Assembly: GCA_002633005.1 (NCBI GenBank)
Contig: NMRA01000057.1
Coordinates: 47,267-92,727, forward strand
Length of the DNA stretch: 45,461 bases
Source: Phoronis australis
Lineage: Eukaryota > Animalia > Phoronida
Direction: 5' to 3'
In this document: in pieces, positions 12,262 through 23,332 of the stretch
Layout: each line of letters begins with the position of its first letter
Position numbering within the stretch: position 1 is the stretch's first letter
Position numbers and translations under genes: made by a program
The notes under the pieces: generated by a model
What the model was told of the DNA's origin: nothing
The model's input: the letters and a program-made list of their open reading frames with translations, nothing else
Databases searched by the model: none

Positions 12262-12619
12262 ATCACTTTCACTATTATTTTATGTAGTAGTATCAGTAGT
12301 TTTATGAGTTCATTGGTAGTTGTTTCTCCGCAGGGAGAGTTGTTCTCATCATTCGTTGACATTCTTCAATATTTTAGTCAAGACTCATCTCTTGGTCTTG
12401 CCTACGAACCACATAGTACACAGCCAAACCGCATTTTTCCGTGTACCCCACATCCATATAAATTGCGAACTGCACGATAATAATGGCCTTTTGCTATGAC
12501 GTTTTCTTTATTTTCAGTCTAAAGTGCGTTAACTAATTAAGTTGCTAAAACAATATATCTATAAATTAAGACGCTAATTTTGGACCCGGATGTTGAAATT
12601 GAAATCCGTCGTACACTGA

Positions 12620-14665
12620 GAAACAACTCTAGAGCGGCCGCGAGGACAACCGCCCCCGCCCGACGCCTCCTTCCCAATAGCGGAGTTGCAACCGAATCGA
12701 TTTAACGATTGCGCATGTCCGGAAATTAGGGTGCGCAAAGGCTATTGGGATTGATTAGGGTAAATGGAATGGCCGATTGGTTTGCACGATATGTGATTTG
12801 TGTGCACTAAACTACGCTGCTGCATGTAATTCTGCCGCTATTCTCCCTAACAAGCACCCATGCCCCAACGAGTGCCCCAACGCGTTTTCAGACTTTGCTA
12901 AAGTAAGTGCCCAGCCCATGAACTACATGCAAAAAATGCCCTTACCTACGGTCTCCAATTTATCAATTGAAAGATCCGACAGTCCTGAATTTGTAGACCA
13001 CGAGCCTCACCGTTATGTCCGTGTACACGTCAAACTTACGTCGCGATTCAAAAATAATGCAGAAGTTTTGCTGGTGGAAATGCGTCGGATTTCGAGGCCG
13101 CAAATCGCCGGCGTGTTTTATTCTTTGTCTTCGTGGCCTCAGTCGATCCGGCGTACGCGCTACTTTCTCGAAGCCAAAAATAATTTGGGGATATTCGTCC
13201 GCGGCCTGCATTTACCGTTTACGCCTACTAATATTCGGCGGCGAGAGAATTCAAAGAAACTATGTCAACGTTTGAAATTCGAGTAGGCGTAATATGTGTG
13301 CTGCGGTCGCGTCAGACCTACCAAAAATTCACGATGACGAGGTGAGAGTTCCTCACTTATTCCCGTTAAAAGAAGTTTTATATTAGAGGTAAGTGGCCAA
13401 GATCTTGTCATTTATTCCACTCTTTAGTGCAGTGCCATAGATACATGTAAATCCACTTTTTGTCCATGGTAAAAAGCGAAATGAGGCCCATGCAGTCACG
13501 TAGGCTTAAAACTACTAGCCCACAGAGTCAACTGTCCAAAAGTTTCAATCATTCATTTCGGCGTTAAGTCCTGTTGTAAAACCAGTCCAGCTGCGGAATT
13601 ATATGGTCATTGACAGTAGATCACCATATTTTTACATTTTGAGTTCAAACTCAATGTTAACAAAGACGGTTGTAAACAAGGTCAGGTGTTTATGGTGTTT
13701 ATCTGGGTCAAACTTTGCCATATTCTGGTCTCCACTTGGCAGGCATTCTTTGTTCTGGGCAAAAAGTCCGTATGTTGCAGGTTACTCAATCCTGTCCTGA
13801 GTTCAGTTACGCTGGGACTTCGCTGAAAAGCAAGACTTCGCAAGATTACGTGAGATGTTGCCATGTATTTAAATTGAGTGGGCGTGATTTTGGCTAGATG
13901 TTGAAGCGACATGCTAAAACTGGTCGTGGAGAACACTGATGTTGTAAATGGCTTCCAAGGATATTTAATCGTTGTTTTTCTTTTCTCTTTTACAAGTACA
14001 GGATACTAAGAAAAAAACAACTCACTGGAAATGCCTTTTTGTAAATAATCATTTAAAAATCTCGATTATTGGTTGAAAACTTATTCATCAATGGAAAAGA
14101 GGGAGCAAAGAATCTTTGAACTTTACTGCCTACGAACACTAAGTATCCTCCATGAACCCAATCGAACATCATTTGAATATGTGCGCTCAATACAGGGTCA
14201 GGTACTGGATACGTTGAAAGAGGTGTGTGGTTAGACTTCATTTGCTGGACGACAACACGGTGTGAGACATGTGTTCCTCAGAAGCTGCTGTGTTCTACAT
14301 TTCAAGGCCACTGCGCTTTCGCTTTGCCACATTGTGTTCGCACAACAATCTGACCCCATGCTCTGCTGTGATGGGAACAGCACCAATTTGATTGAGGACT
14401 TTGTTCACTACAGCTAAACACGTGAAACATACATTCACAAATAGATCTGTACATGTGAATTTGAAGTATGGTAATAAAGACACATTCAGTTGCGTGTATG
14501 TACTTCGTGGTGTTACCGCCATCATATTTGTTTGCGATGAAATAATTGTAGGAACGGGCGTTCGACAAAGAATGAAATGCGATCAACTGACATTGGATGA
14601 CAATAGCAAATACTACTTAAAAGTATTGATAACAGCACAGTTTTATGTGATATTTTGAGCACATA
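12620..14665 (+). repeat. Segment duplicated at ~25875-29130
   Basis: Long collinear matches, e.g. gaaacaactc.agagcggccg, tggcctcagtcgatccggc, atattagaggtaagtggccaagatct, cccaatcgaacatcatttgaatatgtgcgctcaatacagggtcagg. Confidence 0.85.
12676..13073 (-). repeat. Inverted copy of 16960-17381
   Basis: aatagcggagttgca.ccgaatcgatttaacgattgcgcatgtccggaaattagggtgcgcaaaggctattggg is the reverse complement of ~17308-17381; match extends to tcaaacttacg.cgcgattcaaa. Confidence 0.85.
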
Positions 14666-15508
14666 GGAGAAGGGCTCTAACGGTAGGCGTATAAGCTTAC
14701 ACAGGCGCCTATACGGTGGTGGCGCTGAACAGTGGAGGTCTTGTGTAAGTTCCGGTTTAATTTCCACTTTCTACATTTTTTTCTTTTGAAAAACTAGTCC
14801 AACTTAGCTATCAAGCACTGGGGGTCGGGTTAAGCCCTACTTCCCCTCAATAAGAGACCACTGTTAAAAAATATGCTATTTCTGCCATTACTATCTGATG
14901 AGGAACACTAGCGAATTTGGAACACTAGAACAACAAAAATATCCAACGGAAATTGGTAGCAATAGCTTAATGGGTACACCTCAGGCGAAGGAGAGCCATG
15001 AGAGATGCATAATCGCATAGTCTGCTCATTTAGGCATTGTTAACGGTATTGCAATGACTTGATTTATAAGCGGCATTTTTTTCATTTAACTCTTCTGCTT
15101 TGATTGATCGGTTATTTTCCACTAGTGACGTTTTAGTAGAAACGAACCATTTGAACTGTGAATACCAAACCTCTTCTTGCTTCTCTATATGTAGTATTGA
15201 AGTTTCGTAAAATATGTAATGAGAACTCGCTGTTATTGGACATAGCAGTCTGAGAGTTACGTTCAAGTCAAGGCGAGATCAGTTTAATAAAGTAGTGGCT
15301 AGTTTATTGCATTATTGTACTTTCAGGCCTTGGCGTGAGCCTCAGTGTCAGCTCAGTTATCGTTCAGACAGATCAGCTCGTAATATTCGAGTTGCAACCC
15401 CGCCATATTGGAAATGGGTCAGAATGTTGCATTGTGGTTAATGCATTATTATTCAGTAAACAAGTACGTCGGCAAGCGTGGGGGCGAACCGGCCGCAGGG
15501 AGGTTATA

Positions 15509-15745
15509 CATCACGTGTTGTGTACCTGGCTGATATAATAACAGTTAGCGAGATAAAGAATTTAGTTACTAGCTGTTTCCCCAAGGATCAAGAACTGCGT
15601 AAAAATGGGTCAGAAACATCGGTAAAGCTGGAAGAAAAGGCCAATTTAGTGAATTCTTTCCGAATTCAAGGCCTAAAGTATGCAGCGCTCATTTTGAAAG
15701 CGGCAACAAAACGTATCTTGGAAACTGCCTAACAATATTTCCCTT
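15509..15745 (+). pseudogene. Decayed THAP zinc-finger (transposase N-terminus)
   Basis: With frameshifts: TCCVPG*YNNS...FPKDQELRK.WVRNIG...KVCSAHFESG...TIFP, the full THAP C2CH signature. Confidence 0.7.
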
Positions 15746-16789
15746 GAAAGAAACAGCAACAAATACTCCACGGCGGAGAGTAGTGAAAAATACTTGTTTT
15801 CGTTTGACCAGAACCAAGCCAAGTTGAGCAATTTTGAGGATAATGCCTCTGCACAATAACCTGTTCTGTCGACTCACTTAACGCACACTATGCATTAACA
15901 TGCTAAGACAAAGTCCAGAATATTATTTTTTACTTTCTACAAAGTTGTGGTGAATTGTTATCAAAATTCGTTGTTAAACTACATGTACGATCATTTTTCA
16001 GGACAAAATCTCGTCGAAAGATGCGTAGCTGCCGCCGGGTCTCGCAATCGTCGATACGGCAACTTGAATTCTTGAATAAGAATACAGTTTCGAATCAACA
16101 AATTACCTGAAATCCTCCTGAAATTTTCCAAATAGCGTCTCTAAGATTTTTAAGTTCTTGTGAAGTCTGGATTAACTGCAGATTAAGTCCACATCTGCGC
16201 TAGCTTGTAGCCCGCAACACGAGAAAAATCTCTAGAGGAACACACATGTTGTCACGTGACGTTTGTTTTGAAGTTTGCATGCGTGTGTATGAGAGAGTAA
16301 GCGTGCGTGTGCTTGTCATCAGAGTTCATTTGCCAGAGTAAATGCGATGTAATGATCTAGGTGTGCATTGTAACCAAAGAGATTAAATTAAGCATTAAAG
16401 CAGAGCTTGTTTTAATATTTAGCACTTGCTGGCTTCATCTGCTAAAAAGCGTTCGAGAATTGTTTCGATAAGACCGATATGTCACTCATTGAGTCGCAGG
16501 GGGAGTGGATGCGTGACCGTAGTGAAACAGCTATTTTCCGGAAGATTCGGGATGTAAGGGTGCGAATGTGTTCACTATCAGTGGATCATTTTGACTTTAA
16601 AATCATCAATTATGATTAGTTAAATAATTTCTCTTAAAAATAATGCAACGTCTTTTACGGTATTAGAAACTGGCGGAAATTAGTGCCAATTTTTGTTTCT
16701 CGCCGATGCTATGTTCCCCGTTTCATGAATAGATAGTTCCTGACTAAATGTCTTCAATGACAGCGGTACATTATGCAGCGCGCTCTTCT

Positions 16790-17381
16790 TGGCCGCGTGC
16801 TAACGAGTTTTTTTGTTATTCTTCGATTCACGGTTTTCACATGTACAAAGAAGTTTGGATTCCTGTTGAGGCCGGAAAGATACAATGCAATCCCGCTGAC
16901 AAGTACGCTGCTCCTGTTTTCAAAGTCCAGACCATAGTGGGGCAGATTCCTCGCAAGAGCAGCAAAACGTTTGCGTTCTATTTGAATCGCGGCGTAAGTT
17001 TGAAGTGTATACGGACATAACGGTGAGGCTCGCGGTCTACAAACTCAGGACTGTCGAATCTTTCAATTGATAAATTGGAGACCTTACTGTAGAATTTTAA
17101 AACTGTACGTAAGGCATTTTTCGCATGTACTGTAGTTCATGGGCTGGGCGCTTACTTTAGCGAAGTCTGAAAACGCGTGGGGGCACTTGTAGGGGCATGG
17201 GCGCTAATTAGAGCGACTAGAGGCAGAATTACAAACAGCAGCGTAGTTTAATGCAAACAGTTCACACGTCGTGCAAATCAATTGGCCATTCCACATACGT
17301 TAATCAACCCAATAGCCTTTGCGCACCCTAATTTCCGGACATGCGCAATCGTTAAATCGATTCGGCTGCAACTCCGCTATT
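16790..17381 (+). mobile_element. DNA-transposon remnant with HIRAN-like coding fragment
   Basis: SSIHGFHMYKEVWIP...NPADKYAAPV...IVGQIPRKSSKTFAFYLNRG resembles the transposon-borne HIRAN-like motif (SxIRGYHxYKxxW...NxxDxxAV...VGHxP). Confidence 0.55.
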
Positions 17382-19560
17382 ATGGGTCTGCGGTAACCTT
17401 AGTAATGTTACACGTCGATTACAGTCACTGGAGACAAAAGCAGTTTGTGTCGTGACCCATCGTGTGATCTGAACCTATGTTCAATCTGTGCACTTCAGCC
17501 CAATGGTTCAAAACGGAATTGAAGGTCTCTTTTACATGAAAGTGTTCAAGCTGGATTTGACCTTGTCGAATATTAGGCCAGGCTTACGATCATAGTTCTG
17601 GTCTTAAGAATTCAAACGTCTGATGAAATAAAAACTTGCTTAGAATTTATTATCGAAATGAAAAATTGAACCAGAACATGGTGTTTAATACCTATACTCC
17701 TAGTCGAATTAGAAATTATTTTTGACATTTTCTACTCTGCTTTTGTGCGAACTCAAGCTAAGTGTTTATCATTCTGTGTTGAGTACATCATGGTTTATGC
17801 ATATGAGTTTGTAGTCCAGGTTCGCGCTTGATGGCCCTTAAGTTCGAGTTACAAATTCGAGAAAATACTCGAAATGTCGAGTAAAAACTCGAAGTTTCGA
17901 GATGAAACTGGAAATTTTAGTTTTAATGCCAAAGTCATCAAGTGCAAAGTGGGATTAGACAGTTATTTGCGCCACCCATTACGTAAAGTCATAAATACCT
18001 ATCTTGATTTCGCACGAAAGTAGAACAAATCACTTTAATAACACTTCCAGAAATTATATATTGGTTGGATCTGTTTCAGAAAACATGACGCAATAATTGC
18101 AATACCTTTAGGTTACATAAATATCTGAAGGGAAATATTAAAAGTATACCAAACCCGTTTTGGCCTATCACCAGATATCGAACTGACTTTCCCATCCAGC
18201 TATCTAAATCAAAATGCCTGTAACCCTTGAAAACCCTAAAAGTTTGGAGCAAAATTTTGAAAAACCTTTCAAAATCTTCTAATGCCGAAGTGTTTTCTTT
18301 CCTACTGGACTAAAACCACAGTTCGAGTGACACATTCTGCCCGTATCATCGCTTTGAGTCAATAAAAACACTTGTTTGCAAAGCTGTTTCAGATACCTGA
18401 AAAGGGACATTAGTAGCGGAAAGTAAACTCTATGGGGTTTCTCAAACGTGAACAAATTTAACAAAGCCATGCCTATTTACCTTGTCACGACAAAATGCCA
18501 AAAAATGACTAAACACTGCGATTTTGGCCTTTATTTATAAAATACCGAATTCACGACTGCCCCTGTAGAAGCGAGGAGATCATAATCCGAATGTCATTTC
18601 ACTTTAGATTCCAGAAATTCAGATTTAATTGTGTCATTACCAACTAGATTTTTGTCAATTTCCACTTGTCTGAAGGGTACGTGGATTTGCGCCAAGAATA
18701 TAACACTGAACAAGGATGTGCTCTCAAAATGGCGGATTTCAGTATGCCCGTAGCAAAGAGCAGAAGCCAAATTTCTGGATTCAACTTTCTCAAAACAACT
18801 TCAAGGAACTACTGAATACCATGCTTGGCATTCACTTTCCATTTAGTTCAACAACGTCCACCAAACATGACCCACCCAATTTTCTTCATTGTTGGGGCAG
18901 CTACAAAGACCCGAACATTGGTATATACCACTGCTTACCGGAATTTTTCGTCTGAATTCTCCTACCCGTCGTATGGCGGGTCGTTTCATGCCCCAAGCCT
19001 CCCACAAAGAATTGCGATCGAACTATCACCTCTTTATCAAACATTGAAATCACTTCTCAACTGAGTAGGGAACAAGTTTAGACCAGCTATAGAGCTGTCG
19101 AAATCGAAACATGTAATCTGTGACGGAAGGCAGATTTATATCACCTAAAATAATTTAATTTAATATGGTAATATGCAATTATTCCAATTCGTTTTACAAC
19201 TGTACTCCGGAAGATCGGACATTGTACGAAGAGTATAAAAGAGTGTATATCAAGCTGTGCAACGCAAAGTACAGTCGTGTTTTAATCAAATTATTACCAT
19301 ATTTATTATCACCAGTATTTGTTTTCCACTGCTACCACCAGACGGTCAATTCAATAAAATTATTTTTTCAATATAGTGGCTCCCTGTTGTATTTACAGTG
19401 TAGAATGATATTGTAAAGTCCACTACTGGATGTAGCCCGGGTTATTTGTTTTATTAATGTTGACTGCAATGTCAATATTCGATGTTGTAATGGCGCTGGT
19501 TACCTTATTTACTTTATGTAATTAAAGACTAGGTCGCGTTTTATCCCAAAACGCGCACAT

Positions 19561-19596
19561 TATAAAAGTTCAAATCCACTTGACTATTGCTCAGTT
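19561..19596 (+). promoter_or_regulatory. Core promoter of copy 2: TATA box and initiator
   Basis: TATAAAAG at 19561-19568 and TCAGTT (Inr consensus TCAKTY) at 19591-19596, canonical ~30 bp spacing, just upstream of the ATG at 19614. Confidence 0.75.
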
Positions 19597-19613
19597 CGGC
19601 ATCCGTTGTAACA

Positions 19614-19674
19614 ATGTCAAACTTTTTTCTGGTCTTCGTGGCAGTTTTCCCGTTTGTCGCATATGAAGGAGCAG
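19614..19674 (+). CDS. Copy 2 exon 1 (signal peptide)
   Basis: ATG then hydrophobic MSNFFLVFVAVFPFVAYEGA; donor GTGAGC at 19675; 15/20 aa identical to the exon at 41826. Confidence 0.88.
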
Positions 19675-22600
19675 GTGAGCACTCGACGTTAATATGCGCG
19701 ATCTCAACTTAATAAGTGGTTATGGTTCATACTAAAGGAAAATTTACCGCAAGGTCCTATATTCGAATAATGAATTTCTTCATTTTTTCTGTATCTGAAC
19801 GTAGTGGGTCGAAACATATAGTTCGGAACCACGGAACGTGTGGCGCACACCGTAGGCTATAGTAGGCCCACATGGGCCGCCAACTCCTTTCATTGGCAAT
19901 AGACAAAATGTGTGACCGTGCACTCAAGGCACGGTCAACACTACTGTCCAAGAAGTCGTTGTTCACTGGTGGTGCATATGAAAGTCACGGTTTTATTTTC
20001 GACAAGTAAATCGTCAGCCCACTAACCGAAATGCGGCGCCTAATCTGGGAATTTAATATGATAACAGTGTTGCGAATCTGTTGTCTTATGATCTATGCGT
20101 GCACATTCTGAGTATGTATAGTACTAGTTGCAGTAGCAGCAGCAGTAGTAGTAGCATATTTGTTTATTTAAGTGATAAGTGTTTAGATTTAAACAATTAA
20201 TTCATAATTTGAAACACACCCACCTCATTAGGCTTTTAAGTCCCTGATTACGTAGTAGTATGGAAACACCACTTGTATTTAAAAATGCTTCATGAACAAA
20301 ATGAGAAAGTTCTCTGCACAAATTAATAATCACTTTATGAACCAAGCTTATCTACAGCAGAAACATTAAAAAGGTGGAATGCAAGTTGTTGGTCTCAGTA
20401 TATAGTTTTCCACGTAGGTTATGATATTGAGTACAGTAACACAAAATGAATTTCATCTTCTACAGAATTGAGACCACATAAGCGATATAACCTATTTTTG
20501 GTTGAAAAACTGTAGCTTCCAATCTCTATCTCCAAATTTGCAAGCCTAAACTGAAAAAATATAGACCTTCTTACCCTAGGAAAACTAGAATATATATTTA
20601 TCTAGGACAATATTTTCCTCATACGGTGGTTCGCGCTAAAATTGGTTTATTTGAAAATAACAAACTGAGTGAAATGTTTAAGAAAACATAATAATGTACA
20701 AAACTAATGGTATAATAGGTATTTAAAACTATTTTCCAACTTAAAAAAGATGGACGACAAACACTGCCACAAGAATGCACGAAATGGATATTCTTAAAAA
20801 TTCCATGGAGAGATGGAGTAAATTTTTACCGTATAAAATACTTTGAAACGGGAGGGTGCGAAGTCTGCAAACAAGTTTTGAAGACTGACCAAAATCACGA
20901 TTTGATCGTCTGAGTGCAGACAAGCTAATGAAGTTCAGTGAACCCTTCAGATGGATCAAAGAACTATTACGCAAAAGGCAGCTGTGAAGAAACCGATCAC
21001 AGTGACGATACACTCAGGAATCAAACAACTGTAGAATGATGGACGGAGGAAAACATTCCCTGGTCAATACATTCAATTGAAATTAAATAACATTTATCTG
21101 AGATAATATTTGGCTGATGCGGTGGTTCGACCTAAGTTTGTTAAGTTAAAAAATAGAATGTGGTTGAAATGTTTATTATCAAAATAATATTGCACAAAAC
21201 TGATATTATAATAGGTGTATTATTTAAACAGTTTTCTAGCATAACAAAGATGGGCGACAAAAAAACGCCAAATGTTGAAAGCACCGGCCATCCCATATGT
21301 AATGAATCATGAGGACGTAAAGTAAGCCAAGATATATTTCGTAAAGGAATAAAATAAAACAAGTACGGAAAAGTGCGAAATCCTTGTCTAAATGGCAAAC
21401 AACTTAGACTATATAGATACTACCTGGAGCAAGCAATTTTGACCACCAAAGGCTATATCGTAAGGTGTTAATGTGCGTCTGAGGAAGGAGGTTATATTTA
21501 TTTACACCATTTTTATAGAAATCGGCTAAAGTGATATCCCGATTGACGAAAAATGTCTACAAGCTGAGATAGCAGTTGATAGCTTAAATCGCTATAACCT
21601 TGCGAGATCGCGCTTTACGCAAGAGCAATCTATAGACCGGCAGCCCAGAGAGGTACCAACATCTGACGTACTTCGATTTCCGTGGTGCAATTTTTAACAT
21701 CTTGTTGTCTAGTTGTTTGGGTTTCCCACCCGAGCACTTGAACTAGCAGGGAGAAGCTTCATGGACAATTGTAGCTCCATGTTTAAGGTCCTTTCTGGGT
21801 TTCTGGCCGACTATTTCCAGAGTAAAATTTGTTTTTCACGGGTGTTCAGTGCAGCACTATTGTTGGTTTTAAATCAGTTTAAGCCGATACCTTGAAAATC
21901 TAAATGTCTCAAAAATGGCATACCGTGGTTGAGATTTTTGAGGGTTTCTGCCAGGCACAATCCAGAGTGTATTTCGTCTGCCGGTCATAGGGCATTTAGT
22001 GACCTGTGACATGTATTAAATCCAATGTAATTGATTTGTGGTACCTCGAATGTGTGTGCTAGCTCATTTTGGGGGGTCTTTTTTTGATTTCTGCCGGACC
22101 CATTCCAGAGTGCAGTTTGTCACGGGTCATTCAATGTTCAGTGTGGTACTATTGTTCGTTTAAAATCAGTTTTGGCTGGTACCTCGAAAATCTACTCTAG
22201 CTCAAATTTTTGATGGCATACAATGGTTGAGATTTTTGGGGGTTTCTGCCGGGAACAATCCAGAGTGTATTTTGTCTGTCATAGGGCATTTAGTGATCTG
22301 TGACATGCATTGAATTATATAACATTGGTTTTGTGTGGTACCTCGAATGTATGTGCTAGCTCATTTTTGTGGGGTTCCTTTTCGGTTTCTGCCGGACCCA
22401 TTCCAGAGTGCAATTTGTCTGTCAAAGGTCATTTGGTGTTCAGTGCGGCACTATTGTTCGTTTAAAATCAGTTTTGGTTGGTACTTCGAAAATCTAGGCT
22501 AGCTCAAATTTTTGATAGCATACCATGGTTGAGACTTTTGGGGGTTTATGCCGGGCACAACCCTGAGTGTATTTTGTCTGTCATAGGAGTTTTAGTGATC

Positions 22601-23300
22601 TGTTACATGTATTGAATCACGTGGAGTTGTTTTTGTGGTACCTCGATTGTATGTGCTAGCTCATTTTTGGAGGTCCTTTTTGGTTTCCGCCGGACCCATT
22701 CCAGAGTGCAATTTGTCTGTCATGGGTCGTTCGGTGTTCAGTGCGGTACTATTGTTCGTTTTAAATTAGTTTTGGTTGGTACTTCGAATATCTAGTCTAG
22801 CTCATTTTGGGCTCTTTGTAAGGCCCCCAGGGGTCACACCCAGGGTGCAGACAACGGGAAACGTCCATTTCTGTACATAGTGAGGTGGACTCTAAATGCT
22901 CTCGTGGTCATATGTTGGTACCTCGTTCGTCTATGCTAAGTTCTCTGGGCTGCCGGTCTACTTTGAACAATCTCAAAAACTTCCAGGATGCACACCTATG
23001 TTTTTTGTTTTGTTTTGTTTTGTTTTTGTTTTTTTTTTTTCGTGTAGTGATCATCTTGTTTTCTTTTTTATTTCAGTTTCGCTGCAATGCTTCAAATATG
23101 AGAAATTCAGGGATAATTGGGTTGTAGCTCAGAAAGAAGAAGTGACGTGCCCGGATGCAAACTCGATGTGTGTTGTCAGCACATACAAAAATAGAGATCT
23201 AAGCACAAGTAAAGAAGTCTCAATATTTATGTTGCAAGACATCACTATTACTATTACTGTAACTGTTACTGTTTTTGTTACTATTACTGTTACTGTTGTT

Positions 23301-23332
<32 letters not shown>

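Noticed and set aside
11967-12362. ORFs with RERE/LSLS runs
   Set aside because: Microsatellite plus gap.
18700-18760. Kinase-like LKMADFS motif
   Set aside because: No HRD, APE or other kinase motifs nearby.
21700-22810. CRISPR-like array
   Set aside because: Contiguous ~300-bp tandem units without unique spacers, in a eukaryotic intron.
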